Below are positions 9,067-18,397 of a stretch of DNA of 64,000 bases, piece by piece. The notes below the pieces were generated by a model, which did no database searches, was not told where the DNA came from, and worked only from the letters and a program-made list of their open reading frames with translations. The position numbers and the translations under genes were made by a program. How positions within the stretch are numbered: position 1 is the first letter of the stretch; every line of letters begins with the position of its first letter. Where the stretch lies: assembly GCA_021372615.1 (NCBI GenBank), contig JAJFUB010000034.1:34927-98926 (forward strand). The letters are read 5' to 3'. Source of the DNA: a bacterium (GTDB lineage: Bacteria; Armatimonadota; Zipacnadia; Zipacnadales; UBA11051).

Positions 9067-10083
9067 ATGGCCCTACGAGTTGGCTTTGTGGGTGTCGGCG
9101 GCATCGCCAAGCGGCACCTGGCGTACTGCAAGAACCGCGAGGATGTCGAACTGGTCGGCTATGCCGACGTGAACTTCGAGGGCGCGCAGAAGGTCGCCGC
9201 TGAGTTCGGCGGCAACGCCTACGACAGCTACGACAAGCTCTACAGCGCCGAGAAGCCGGACGCGATCGTCATCTGCACCCCGCCCTTCGCGCACGGCGAC
9301 ATCGAGGAGGCCGCGTGCGCGGCGAAGATCCCCTTCTTTGTCGAGAAACCCGTGGCCGTGAACATGGAGCTGGCCCACCGCGTGCAGAAGGCGGTGGAGC
9401 AGAGCGGCATCGCCACCCAGGTCGGCTATATGTTCCGCTTCTCCGAGCCGATCCGCAAGGTGCGGGAGATGCTACAGAAGCACCCGCTCGCCATGGTGCA
9501 GGCGCACTACTACATGCCGGGCCTGCCGCCGCCGGCGTGGTGGACGAGCATGGAACTCGGCGGCGGGCAGCTCATCGAGCAGGCCACGCACATGCTCGAC
9601 CTGGGGCGTTTCCTGGCCGGCGACGCCAAGACGGTCGTCGGCCGGGCCACGCGCACGCGCGACTGGACCCCGCCGCCCGGCTACGCGAGCGAGGGCATGC
9701 GGCTGTACGCCGCCGACATGGGCATCCCGGACACGACCGCGCTGGTCATCGAGTATGAGTGCGGCGCGCTCGGCACGCTGAGCTGCTCCATTGTGCCGCA
9801 GGCCAAGTGGGACGTGGGCTTCAAGGTCGTGGCCGAGGGGCTGCTCATCACGATTGACGGCGCAAACTGCTCATGGAGTGGCGACGAGGAGGGCAGCATG
9901 ACAGCCTCCCCGGACTGGACCGGAGCCGTTCTGGGCGAGCTGCTCGATGTCGTCAAGGCGGGCGGCACGCAGACCAGCGTCCCGTACCTCGAGGGCGTCA
10001 AGAGCCTGGCGATCTCGGTGGCGGGGTATGAGTCCATGAAACGGGGCGGAGGCCCCGTAGCGGTCAGCGAGCTGGTTGGGTGA
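9067..10083 (+). CDS. Gfo/Idh/MocA family oxidoreductase
   Basis: LRVGFVGVGGIAKRHL Rossmann motif and an EKP motif (FFVEKP). RBS GGAGG upstream. Confidence 0.8.
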   Translation: MALRVGFVGVGGIAKRHLAYCKNREDVELVGYADVNFEGAQKVAAEFGGNAYDSYDKLYSAEKPDAIVICTPPFAHGDIEEAACAAKIPFFVEKPVAVNMELAHRVQKAVEQSGIATQVGYMFRFSEPIRKVREMLQKHPLAMVQAHYYMPGLPPPAWWTSMELGGGQLIEQATHMLDLGRFLAGDAKTVVGRATRTRDWTPPPGYASEGMRLYAADMGIPDTTALVIEYECGALGTLSCSIVPQAKWDVGFKVVAEGLLITIDGANCSWSGDEEGSMTASPDWTGAVLGELLDVVKAGGTQTSVPYLEGVKSLAISVAGYESMKRGGGPVAVSELVG

Positions 10084-10120
10084 CGGCGAAGGCACCGGAG
10101 AACCGAACCGAAAAGCAACG

Positions 10121-10150
10121 ACGCCACCCCTGGCCTGGGGGTGGCGTTTT
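10121..10150 (+). terminator. Rho-independent terminator (acgccacccc-tggcct-ggggtggcgt-tttt)
   Basis: 10-bp GC-rich perfect stem, 6-nt loop and a T4 tract, 38 nt after the Gfo stop. It lies between convergent genes. Confidence 0.75.
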
Positions 10151-10164
10151 CTACTGGAGTCAGC

Positions 10165-10878
10165 TCAGTCGGGCCGCTCGGCCCGTGGCAGGCTGAACAT
10201 GAACGTGGCACCCTGGCCCGGCGCGCTGTCTACGCGGATGTCGCCGCCCATGGCGTGCAGCAGGTTTTGACACACCGATAGCCCCAGTCCGGCGCCTGGC
10301 TCGATGCCGCTGACCTCCAGCGCAACAAAGGGCTCGAAGATGCGCTCCTGGTCGTCCGGGGCGATACCCGGGCCCTGGTCATGCACCAGCGTCCAGACCA
10401 CGGTCTCTTCCGGGCGGGCCGTGATCGTCACCGTGCCCCCTGGGGGGCTGTAGCGGATGGCGTTGGCCAGCAGGTTGTGCAGGACCTGCAGGACGCGGCG
10501 CTCATCCGCGCGCGCCGCCAGGGCGGGATCCACCTCGGCCGCCAGCGCCAGGCGCTTCTCATGGGCCAGTCCGCGGGCAATGTGCACCGAACGCTCCACC
10601 ACCGCCGCCAGGGACAGTACCTCGATCTGCAGGTCGAGCTTGGCCATCTGCAGGCGGGAGAGGTCCAGGACGTCATTGATGAGCTGCAGGAGGTGCTCGG
10701 CGGCGCTGTGGATGTCCTGCGCAACCGACTTCTGGTCCGGGTTGAGGGGGCCGAAGGCCTCATCGGTCAGCAGTTCGGAGAAGCCGATGATGGCGTGGAG
10801 GGGGCTGCGGACCTCGTGGCTGAGGTCCGCCAGAAAGCGTGCGCGCAACGCGATGGGGCCATCAGGTTCCTGCGCCAT
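10165..10878 (-). CDS. Cytoplasmic histidine kinase core (HisKA + HATPase_c only, no sensor/TM domain)
   Basis: H-box LSHEVRSPLHAI, N-box LLANAIRYS, G1 DQGPGI and G2 GAGLGLS motifs; 237 aa. No response regulator is adjacent. Confidence 0.7.
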   Translation of the reverse strand: MAQEPDGPIALRARFLADLSHEVRSPLHAIIGFSELLTDEAFGPLNPDQKSVAQDIHSAAEHLLQLINDVLDLSRLQMAKLDLQIEVLSLAAVVERSVHIARGLAHEKRLALAAEVDPALAARADERRVLQVLHNLLANAIRYSPPGGTVTITARPEETVVWTLVHDQGPGIAPDDQERIFEPFVALEVSGIEPGAGLGLSVCQNLLHAMGGDIRVDSAPGQGATFMFSLPRAERPD

Positions 10879-11017
10879 AGGTCATGCCCCTGGTCGGTGC
10901 CGGCAGGTCAACGGCAGGAATGACGCGAAGCTTCTAGCCATTCGCCGTGTGGCTGGGCCGGACCTGCCGCCCCGCGGCAGTAGCCGACCCGGCCAGCTTT
11001 CCCGTGGAGGAACGACC

Positions 11018-13363
11018 ATGCATAGACTGTGGCTCATTGTCCTGTTGGCGGCAGTCGCCAGCAGCGCCTTCGGCTTCACCATCGCCCGAGACGGCAAGCC
11101 GCAGGTGGACATCATCGTGGCTGCCGAGGCCACGTTGCCCGAGCAGACCGCCGCGACCGAGCTGGGGGACTACCTGGGCAAGATCGTCGGCAGCCCCTTC
11201 ACCATCGTCAAGCCTGGTGAGGCGACCCAGATGGCCGCCCACATCTTCGTGGGCCAGACCGGAGCGGCCATTCGCGCAGGACTGCTGGCTGACAAGCTGG
11301 GGCCCGAGGAGTGGGTCATCCGCGCCTCCGGCCAGGACCTGATCGTGACCGGCGGCCGCCCGCGCGGCACGCTCTACGCCGTCTACCGCCTGCTCGAGGA
11401 CGTGCTGGGCGTGCACTGGTGGAACCCGTGGGAGGAGACGGTGCCGCCGGCGAAGACGCTGGCCCCGAAGATCACGGAGCTGCGCGGCAAGCCCGTCACC
11501 CCGTACCGCGACATCTACATGCTGTACGGCAATGACGGCGGGCGGTTCGCGGCGCGCAACCGGCTCAACCGCGACGGCGACGCACGGATGCAGGCGGAGT
11601 TCGGCGGCTGCCGCGACTACGGCCCGCCCTACCACGTCCACACCTTCAACCTGTACTTCCCGCCCAAGCAGTACGGGGCCGAGCACCCCGAGTGGTACTC
11701 GCTCATCAAGGGCCAGCGGGTCGTGGACACCTCGCAGCTCTGCCTGACGAACCCGGAACTGCGCCAGGCGTTTCTGGCGAAGCTGACCAACTTCATCGAG
11801 ACCACCGCCGCGGCCGCCAAGGCCGCCGGGGCGCCGCCGCCGGACGTCTTCAGCGTCTCGCAGAACGACTGGGACAACCACTGCACCTGCGATAGCTGCC
11901 AGGCGATCGCGACAGCCGAGGAGAGCGAGGCCGGGCCGCTACTGGACTTCGTGAACTTCCTGGCCGACAACATCAAGGACAAGTACCCCTGGGTGCACAT
12001 TGACACCCTCGCCTACCAGTACACGCAGAAGGCGCCCAAGCATATCAGGCCACGGGACAATGTCATCATCCGGCTGTGCGACACCGGCTCCGACCCCACC
12101 AAGCCCATCACCTCGGAAGACAACAAGGCCTTCCGCGAGCACCTGCTGAGCTGGGCGGCCATCGCCAAGAACCTGCGCGTGTGGGACTACGCGGTGACCT
12201 ACGCCAACCCCGCGGGGATGCCGCTGCCCACCACGCAGACCTATGACGATGACTTCAAGTTCTACCACGAGCACAATGTCGAGGGCGTGTTCACCGAGCA
12301 TGAGTACGGCATCATCGGCGATGCGCGCGACTTCAAGATCTGGATGATGATGAAGCTGCTCGAGGACCCGTACGCCAACACCGAGAAGCTGGCGCGGACC
12401 TTCACCGACGGCTTCTACGGCCCGGCGGCGGGGAAGCTCGTGCGCGACTACCTGGCGGCCCTGGAGGCCGAGATGATCGCGCGCCAGACGCACACCAACT
12501 GGGGCTCGACGCCGATGTCGCTCACGTACCTGAACCTCGGCTTCATCAACCGCGCCCAGAAGCTGTTCGACCAGGCTGAGCAGGCTGTCGGCAACGACGC
12601 CACGCTGCTACGGCGCGTGCGCCACGCGCGGCTGCCGCTGGACCGGGCGAGCGTGGTGGCCTACACCAAGCTCAACAGCGAGTGGCAGGCGCTGGGCCAG
12701 CCGGCCGACCAGGCCCCGCCCAGCCGCGATGCCGTCGCCCAGCGCGCCATGGCGACTTGGCTGGCCGAGGCCAAGCTGCGCATGAGTGAGGCCGGGCAGG
12801 CCAAGGAGAAGGCTGCGGCTGAGAAGGAGATGCGGCGCTACACGTCGCTGCCCGGCTCGGTGCCGCTGCCCGCCAGGTTCCGTGACCTGCCGCGCGGCAC
12901 GGTCTTTGACTACACCGCCGACATGACCCGCAACTGGGCGGACGTCGTCAAGGTCATCAAGGACCCCGAGGCCGAGAGCGGCTTCACCAACAAGCTGGAC
13001 CTCACCGCCCCGGAGACAACCAGCCAGGAGAAGTACGTGCTGCCGATGCCATGGGGCCTGTACGGGGTGCAGCAGAAGAAGTTCGTCGGTGGCGCCGCCA
13101 TCAAGGCCGAGGACATCACGGGGCCGGGCTACCACTGGTACAAGATGGGCGTCTTCCCCCTTGAGCCGTCGTACTACGCGTACTTCTTCTGGAGCTGGAT
13201 CATCCAGGTAGACATTGACAACGCCTACGACGCCGCCAAGCCCGACCAGAAGTTCGAGGTCTGGGCCAACATCAAGTTCACGGGCCCGCGCTTCCCGCAT
13301 GCCAAGGAGGGCGACAAGGACGCCATCTACGTGGAGCGGCTGGTGCTGGTGAAGACGCAGTAG
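11018..13363 (+). CDS. Secreted DUF4838-family glycoside-hydrolase-like protein
   Basis: ATG 11018 follows GGAGGAA and encodes a signal peptide MHRLWLIVLLAAVASSAFG. Length and motifs (WDNHCTCDSCQA, ...WDYAVTY...) fit DUF4838 proteins, which resemble GH20/GH67 catalytic domains. The upstream ORF extension to 10457 was rejected. Confidence 0.5.
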   Translation: MHRLWLIVLLAAVASSAFGFTIARDGKPQVDIIVAAEATLPEQTAATELGDYLGKIVGSPFTIVKPGEATQMAAHIFVGQTGAAIRAGLLADKLGPEEWVIRASGQDLIVTGGRPRGTLYAVYRLLEDVLGVHWWNPWEETVPPAKTLAPKITELRGKPVTPYRDIYMLYGNDGGRFAARNRLNRDGDARMQAEFGGCRDYGPPYHVHTFNLYFPPKQYGAEHPEWYSLIKGQRVVDTSQLCLTNPELRQAFLAKLTNFIETTAAAAKAAGAPPPDVFSVSQNDWDNHCTCDSCQAIATAEESEAGPLLDFVNFLADNIKDKYPWVHIDTLAYQYTQKAPKHIRPRDNVIIRLCDTGSDPTKPITSEDNKAFREHLLSWAAIAKNLRVWDYAVTYANPAGMPLPTTQTYDDDFKFYHEHNVEGVFTEHEYGIIGDARDFKIWMMMKLLEDPYANTEKLARTFTDGFYGPAAGKLVRDYLAALEAEMIARQTHTNWGSTPMSLTYLNLGFINRAQKLFDQAEQAVGNDATLLRRVRHARLPLDRASVVAYTKLNSEWQALGQPADQAPPSRDAVAQRAMATWLAEAKLRMSEAGQAKEKAAAEKEMRRYTSLPGSVPLPARFRDLPRGTVFDYTADMTRNWADVVKVIKDPEAESGFTNKLDLTAPETTSQEKYVLPMPWGLYGVQQKKFVGGAAIKAEDITGPGYHWYKMGVFPLEPSYYAYFFWSWIIQVDIDNAYDAAKPDQKFEVWANIKFTGPRFPHAKEGDKDAIYVERLVLVKTQ

Positions 13364-13378
13364 ACGTGCGATGCCGGA

Positions 13379-13562
13379 ACGGCGAACGGCTCCTCACCCC
13401 TCCCCCTCTCCCTCGCGCGGGATACAGCCCCGCGCTCCGGAGAGGGGTGTCGTCCGGCCACTTCGTGGCTGCGAAGTCATAGAGCAACATGCGACCGCCC
13501 CTCTCCGGAGCACAGCCGTATCGTGCGAGGGAGAGGGGGAGGGGTGAGGAGCCTTCGAGCCG
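13379..13562. repeat. Long nested palindrome (~180 bp) with 28-bp perfect terminal inverted repeats GCTCCTCACCCCTCCCCCTCTCCCTCGC (13389-13416 / 13525-13552); MITE/REP-like element
   Basis: Seen directly: perfect 28-bp arms, inner imperfect arms (ctccggagaggggtg / cgcccctctccggag) and a central small palindrome (acttcg...cgaagt). It lies in the intergenic region between CDS 11018-13363 and the HAD gene. Confidence 0.6.
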
Positions 13563-13579
13563 TCCTTCGCGAATCACAT

Positions 13580-14245
13580 ATGCCCACACGCACCATCACC
13601 GCCCTTCTCTTCGATCTGGATCAGACGCTCTACGCGCCGGAGACCGGCTTGCTGCCGGCCGGGGACCGGCGCATCACCGACTACCTTGCCCATCGCCTGA
13701 ACCTGCCGCGCGAGCAGGCCGACGCCGAGCGCCGGCGGCTCTGGCGCGAGTACGGCACGACCGCCCGCGGGGCGGAGATCGAGTACGGCCTGCCCCAGCG
13801 CGAGCTGTACCTCCACAGCCTGGAGGACCTCGACCCGCGCGAGTACCTGGGCCGTGACGAGGCGCTGGCGGGGATGCTGCAGGGCCTCGACGCCGACCGG
13901 TTCGTCGTCACCAATGCGGCGGGCAACTATGCCCGCCGCGTGCTGGCGGCGCTGGGGATTGACCACTGCTTCCAGCGCGTGTTCGACATCGAGGCCCTCG
14001 GCTGGCGCCCCAAGCCCGAGCACGCGGCCTACCAGTGCGTGCTGGACGCCCTCGGCCGCCCGGCGGCCGAGGTGGGGATGGTCGAGGACTTCCCGTGGAA
14101 CCTCGTCCCGGCGCAGGAGTTGGGGATGCTGACCGTCTACCTGGGCGCCGACGAGGCCGAGGCCGATGTGACGCTGACGAACCTGCTGGACCTGCCGGCG
14201 GCGCTGGCGGAGGCGGGGGTACGGCTCACCCACCCCCGGCGCTAG
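13580..14245 (+). CDS. HAD superfamily hydrolase (pyrimidine 5'-nucleotidase-like subfamily)
   Basis: Motif I LLFDLDQTLY directly after the ATG at 13580, a motif II-like VVTNAA and a C-terminal Asp motif region. The upstream extension from 13523 overlaps the palindromic element and was rejected. Confidence 0.65.
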   Translation: MPTRTITALLFDLDQTLYAPETGLLPAGDRRITDYLAHRLNLPREQADAERRRLWREYGTTARGAEIEYGLPQRELYLHSLEDLDPREYLGRDEALAGMLQGLDADRFVVTNAAGNYARRVLAALGIDHCFQRVFDIEALGWRPKPEHAAYQCVLDALGRPAAEVGMVEDFPWNLVPAQELGMLTVYLGADEAEADVTLTNLLDLPAALAEAGVRLTHPRR

Positions 14246-14251
14246 CGCGCC

Positions 14252-14276
14252 GACCCCTCCCCACAGGGGAGGGGTC
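14252..14276. repeat. Palindromic hairpin gacccctcccc-acag-gggaggggtc (CCCCTCCCC core)
   Basis: Perfect palindrome 6 nt after the HAD stop. Near-identical copy at 14391-14413. Confidence 0.6.
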
Positions 14277-14390
14277 CCGGGGCTCGACCGTTGGTCGGAT
14301 TCCCTGAAGCATGCCGGGGATGTGCTTCCGCCGGTTGCGGCAGGGGCCGACACTACCGGCATTGTAGTCACAACGCCATCGAACAGAGCA

Positions 14391-14413
14391 ACCCCTCCCC
14401 ACTGGGGAGGGGT
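14391..14413. repeat. Second copy of CCCCTCCCC-core hairpin acccctcccc-actg-gggaggggt
   Basis: Differs from the 14252 copy only in the loop. The two hairpins bracket a ~114-bp structured segment (gaagcat...atgtgcttc stem) upstream of the GH95 gene. Confidence 0.6.
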
Positions 14414-14457
14414 CGGCCCGCAGGGCCGGGGGTGGGTTGCCGTTCCGGGAGGCTTAC

Positions 14458-16695
14458 ATGAACACCACCATCTGGATGAACAAGCCCGCCGCCGACTGGC
14501 TCGAGGGCCTGCCCATCGGCACGGGGCGCCTGGCCGCGATGGTCCTCGGCGGCGTGAAGCGCGAGCAGGTGACGCTGAACCACGAGTGGCTCTGGACCGG
14601 TCGCAACCGCCAGCGCGACACAGAGCCCCGGGCCCACTTGCTCGAGCCCGTGCGGGAGTTGCTGCGGCAGGAGCGTTGGGAGGAGGCCGCGCAGGCTGCC
14701 AACGACGCCTTCGGCGGCGCGGGCGGCATCAGCGGCGTCCGGAACCGCGTGGACCCCTACCAGCCCGCTGCTGACCTGCTGCTCACCTTCAGCCACGGGC
14801 CATACCACCACTACCGCCGCAGCCTCGACCTGGAGAGCGGCATCGTGCGCGTGGAGTACGACGCCCAGCACGGCAACCGCATCACCCGCACCTACGTCGC
14901 CGACCTGAGCCACGACGCGATCTACGTGCACGTCGCGTTCGACGAGTACCCCCTCGAGTGCGTCGTGCAACTCGACCGCGGCTTCGACCCCGACTGCACG
15001 CTGACGCGCCGCGCCGCCGGCAGTCAACTCGACCTGCACGGCGCCATCCGCGACGGCATCGAGTTCCACGTACGCTGCCAGGCGGCGGTGCGTGAGGGCA
15101 CGGTACGGGCGAACGGCGACAACCGCCTGATCGTCAGCGGCGCGCGGGAGCTGCTGCTGGCGCTGGACCTGGGCACCAATGTGAAGCAGCCCGACGCGGC
15201 GGCCGAATGTGACGCGCCGCTGCCGAGCCTGGACGAGTGGCCGGACCTGGTGCGGGCGCACACGGAGACCTACCAGCGCGGGCGCGGGGGCTTCAGCCTG
15301 GAACTGGGCGACTTGCCGGACCGCGAGGCCATGCCGACGCCCGAGCGCATTCACCGCGCCCGCAATGGCGAGCCCGATCCCGGCCTGCCACTGCTGTACT
15401 TCAATCTGGCCCGCCACCTGATGCAGGCCAGCTCCGCGCTGGCCGACCTGCCGGCGAACCTGCAGGGCAAGTGGAACGAGGACCTGCGCCCGCCGTGGGA
15501 GTGCGACCTGCACCAGGACGTGAACCTGCAGATGAACTACTGGTTCGCCGAGCCGGCGGGCATGACGGAGTGCATCGAGGCGCTGTTCCGCCACATCGAG
15601 CGCTTCGTGCCGCACGCCCGCAAAGCCGCGCGCGACCTGTACGGCTGCCGCGGCGTGTGGTTCCCGATCCAGACCGACCCGTGGGGCCGCGCCACCCCGG
15701 AGTCCTACGGCTGGGCGGTGTGGATCGGTGCGGCGGCCTGGCTGGCGCAGCACTTCTGGTGGCGCTGGGACTTCGGCCGCGACCGGCAGTTCCTCGCCGA
15801 CCGCGCCTACCCGTTCATCAAGGACGTCGCGGCGTTCTACGAGGACTATCTCGTCGCGGACGCGGAGGGCGTCCTGCAAGTCATGCCCTCGCAGTCGCCC
15901 GAGAACCGCTTCGTTGGCAGCGGCAGTCGTTTCCCTGTCTCCATCGGCATCTCAGCGGCGATGGATGTGGAGCTGGCGCACGAGTGCCTCCGCCACGCGG
16001 TCGCGGCGTCCGAGGCCCTGGGCGTAGACGAGGACCTGCGCCGCACGTGGCAGGACATGCTGGGCCAGTTGCCGCCGCTGCAGGTCGGCTCGCGCGGACA
16101 ACTGCTTGAGTGGGACCGGGAGTTCGAGGAAGTCGAGCCCGGCCATCGGCACCTATCGCACCTGTACGCGCTCTATCCGGGCGACCAGATTGATCCACTG
16201 GACAGCCCGGAGCTGTTCACGGCGGCGCGGCGGTCACTGGAGATCCGACTGGAGAACTTCGGCGGCCACACCGGCTGGAGCCGCGCCTGGACGGCGTGCT
16301 GCTTCGCGCGCCTGGGTGACGCGGAGGCGGCGTGGGCGCACCTGATGCACCTGGCGACGGACTTCGTGACCGACGCACTGCTGGACCTGCACCCGCCGCG
16401 CATCTTCCAGATCGAGGGCAACTTCGGCGGAGCGGCGGCGATCCTGGAGATGCTGCTGCAGAGCCGCGGCGGGCGGCTGCATCTGCTGCCGGCCTTACCG
16501 GAGGTCTGGCCGAGTGGAGAGGTGAAGGGGCTGCGGGCGCGAGGAGGATTTGTGGTGGATATGAAGTGGGCGGCGGGGCGGCTGATGGAGGCAATTGTCA
16601 CCGCCCAGGAGACTGGTCCCTGCCGGATCATCCATGGGGATCAGGACCAGACGGTTACGTTGCAGGCCGGCGAGACCTACCAGGTGAACGGCTAG
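14458..16695 (+). CDS. Glycoside hydrolase family 95 (alpha-L-fucosidase type)
   Basis: N-terminus MNTTIWMNKPAADWLEGLPIGTGRLAAMVLGGV is the characteristic GH95 start. Length is 745 aa. ATG 14458 follows GGGAGG. The antisense ORF 14368-15879 and the TTG start at 14437 were rejected. Confidence 0.75.
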   Translation: MNTTIWMNKPAADWLEGLPIGTGRLAAMVLGGVKREQVTLNHEWLWTGRNRQRDTEPRAHLLEPVRELLRQERWEEAAQAANDAFGGAGGISGVRNRVDPYQPAADLLLTFSHGPYHHYRRSLDLESGIVRVEYDAQHGNRITRTYVADLSHDAIYVHVAFDEYPLECVVQLDRGFDPDCTLTRRAAGSQLDLHGAIRDGIEFHVRCQAAVREGTVRANGDNRLIVSGARELLLALDLGTNVKQPDAAAECDAPLPSLDEWPDLVRAHTETYQRGRGGFSLELGDLPDREAMPTPERIHRARNGEPDPGLPLLYFNLARHLMQASSALADLPANLQGKWNEDLRPPWECDLHQDVNLQMNYWFAEPAGMTECIEALFRHIERFVPHARKAARDLYGCRGVWFPIQTDPWGRATPESYGWAVWIGAAAWLAQHFWWRWDFGRDRQFLADRAYPFIKDVAAFYEDYLVADAEGVLQVMPSQSPENRFVGSGSRFPVSIGISAAMDVELAHECLRHAVAASEALGVDEDLRRTWQDMLGQLPPLQVGSRGQLLEWDREFEEVEPGHRHLSHLYALYPGDQIDPLDSPELFTAARRSLEIRLENFGGHTGWSRAWTACCFARLGDAEAAWAHLMHLATDFVTDALLDLHPPRIFQIEGNFGGAAAILEMLLQSRGGRLHLLPALPEVWPSGEVKGLRARGGFVVDMKWAAGRLMEAIVTAQETGPCRIIHGDQDQTVTLQAGETYQVNG

Positions 16696-16736
16696 GTGCT
16701 GCTTCCGGCGCAGCTCCTGCTGAGGAGTGGATTGGC

Positions 16737-17294
16737 ATGGCCAACAACGAGGTGGTGATGCCTTATGTGCAGCAGTGGGCGAACTACCTGGTTGGCGAGG
16801 GCTGCCGGCCGCCGGTCGTCAACGAGGGCAACAGGTGGCCCACGCGGCAGGAAGTGATCGCGGCCATCGAGGCAGAGGGCCTGCTGGCAGTGCCTCACGG
16901 CAGCGAAGAGGTCATCGTGCGGCCCCCTGCGGGCGCCCCGGAGGCAGTCGAGGGACTGCTGCGCCACGTGGTCGAGGTGCGGTGGGACGCGACAGGTGCG
17001 TTGGGGGAGGCAGGGCAGTCATCGTATCTCGTGATATTCCAGTGCCGGGACTGGGATCGCCTTGGGAACGATGATGTCGGCCTCTTCATCCATGGGCAGA
17101 ACTGGCCTCTAGAGGTCTTCCTGGTGCACCGTCTCGCCCAGGAATGCGGGCAACTTGTTCTGTACCCAAGCGGCGGCGGCGTCCCTCTCGTAGTCGGTCC
17201 CGACTCCGGCCCTGGCCAACTGGCCGGCCTCTGGCCGGAGGCTGATCGGAGAGAAGGCGGCTGCAAGTGGCTCTACGAGCAGATGAGCTGCTGA
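16737..17294 (+). CDS. Hypothetical protein (185 aa), no recognisable domain
   Basis: ATG 16737 is preceded by GAGGAG. Coding-like composition. Sits in a slightly lower-GC patch between GH95 and a URO-D-like gene. Confidence 0.4.
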   Translation: MANNEVVMPYVQQWANYLVGEGCRPPVVNEGNRWPTRQEVIAAIEAEGLLAVPHGSEEVIVRPPAGAPEAVEGLLRHVVEVRWDATGALGEAGQSSYLVIFQCRDWDRLGNDDVGLFIHGQNWPLEVFLVHRLAQECGQLVLYPSGGGVPLVVGPDSGPGQLAGLWPEADRREGGCKWLYEQMSC

Positions 17295-17347
17295 CGCAGC
17301 CACATCTGGTCGGCCCAAGAGAGAACCTCGAAGGAGATTCCACAGGT

Positions 17348-18394
17348 ATGGACAGCCGCCAGCGCGTTCTCGCCGCCATGAACTTCACCGGGCCGGACCG
17401 CTGCCCCATCCACCACTACTGCTTCCCCGGCGCGATCTGGCGCCACGGGCAGAGGCTACTCGACCTCGTCGAGAAGTACCCCGACGATTTCGACAACGAG
17501 AACATCAAGGCCAACGCGCAGGCCCACCAACTCGCGGCCAACGAGAGCGCCGAGGACATCATCGAGTGGGTGGATGGCTGGGGCACGACGTGGCGGCGGA
17601 TGCGCGGCTATACCTCGGGCGAGGTCCACCAGCCCGCCCTGCCCGACTGGGACGCCTGGCGTGGCTACGAGTTCCCCCCACTGCCCGATGACAAGCACTT
17701 CGCGGACTTCGCGGCCTCCGTCCAGCCGCGGCAGGAGGCCGGGGAGTTCGTGCGCGCCGGCGGCGGCCCGTTCTTCCAACACATGCAGCATCTGCGCGGC
17801 AACGCCAACTACTACGTAGACCTGGCCGAGGATAACGAGGGGGTCAACGAACTGGCCGACCGCATGGTCGCCTACAACCTGTACTCCATCGAGCGCTATG
17901 TGCAGATGGGCGTGGACTGCATCGCCTTCGGCGACGACTGGGGCGCCCAGCACGCCCTGCTCATCCACCCGGACATGTGGCGCCGGTTCTTCAAGCCCCG
18001 CTATGCCAGGATGTTCGCCCCTGCCCGCGAGCACGGGATCCAGGTCTGGTTCCATTCGGACGGGTGGATCCTGGAGATCATCGAGGACCTCATCGAGATC
18101 GGCGTGACGCTGCTGAACCCCCAGCATGACATCATGGGCACGCGGCGCGTGGGGGAGATCGTCCGGGGCCGCTGCTGCATCCGCACCGACATCAGCCGCC
18201 AGACGGTCATCCCCTTCGGCACGCCCAACGACATTCGCGCGGCGGTCAGGGAAGCCCTCGAGGCCTTCAGCACCGACGCCGGCGGCTGCATGCTCCACGG
18301 TGAGATCGGCCAGGAAGTCCCCTTCGAGAACATCGAGGCGCTGTATGCAGCGTTCTATGAGTACGGGCAGTACCCGATGGAGTGGCGGAGGTAG
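17348..18394 (+). CDS. URO-D family protein (uroporphyrinogen decarboxylase / methylcobamide methyltransferase MtaA-like fold)
   Basis: ATG 17348 is preceded by AAGGAG. Translation (...FFQHMQHLRGNANYYVDLAED...GVDCIAFGDDWGAQHALLIHPDMWRRFFKPRYARMF...HSDG...) fits the URO-D TIM-barrel family. 348 aa. Confidence 0.65.
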   Translation: MDSRQRVLAAMNFTGPDRCPIHHYCFPGAIWRHGQRLLDLVEKYPDDFDNENIKANAQAHQLAANESAEDIIEWVDGWGTTWRRMRGYTSGEVHQPALPDWDAWRGYEFPPLPDDKHFADFAASVQPRQEAGEFVRAGGGPFFQHMQHLRGNANYYVDLAEDNEGVNELADRMVAYNLYSIERYVQMGVDCIAFGDDWGAQHALLIHPDMWRRFFKPRYARMFAPAREHGIQVWFHSDGWILEIIEDLIEIGVTLLNPQHDIMGTRRVGEIVRGRCCIRTDISRQTVIPFGTPNDIRAAVREALEAFSTDAGGCMLHGEIGQEVPFENIEALYAAFYEYGQYPMEWRR

Positions 18395-18397
18395 CCC

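Noticed and set aside
8879-9172. 97-aa plus-strand ORF (MAGASLEGPAISRAAV...) overlapping the start of the Gfo gene at 9067
   Set aside because: No RBS, and it overlaps a well-supported gene start. Its apparent similarity to the sialidase segment EGPAISRPAV is explained by the 30-nt DNA repeat, not protein homology.
10457-11017. 187-codon upstream extension of the DUF4838 gene
   Set aside because: The extension is Arg/Ser/Ala/Cys-rich low complexity and overlaps the convergent histidine kinase gene. ATG 11018 has an RBS and a signal peptide.
14368-15879. 503-aa minus-strand ORF antisense to GH95
   Set aside because: GH95 identity on the plus strand is strong. The antisense ORF has no motifs and a low-complexity composition.
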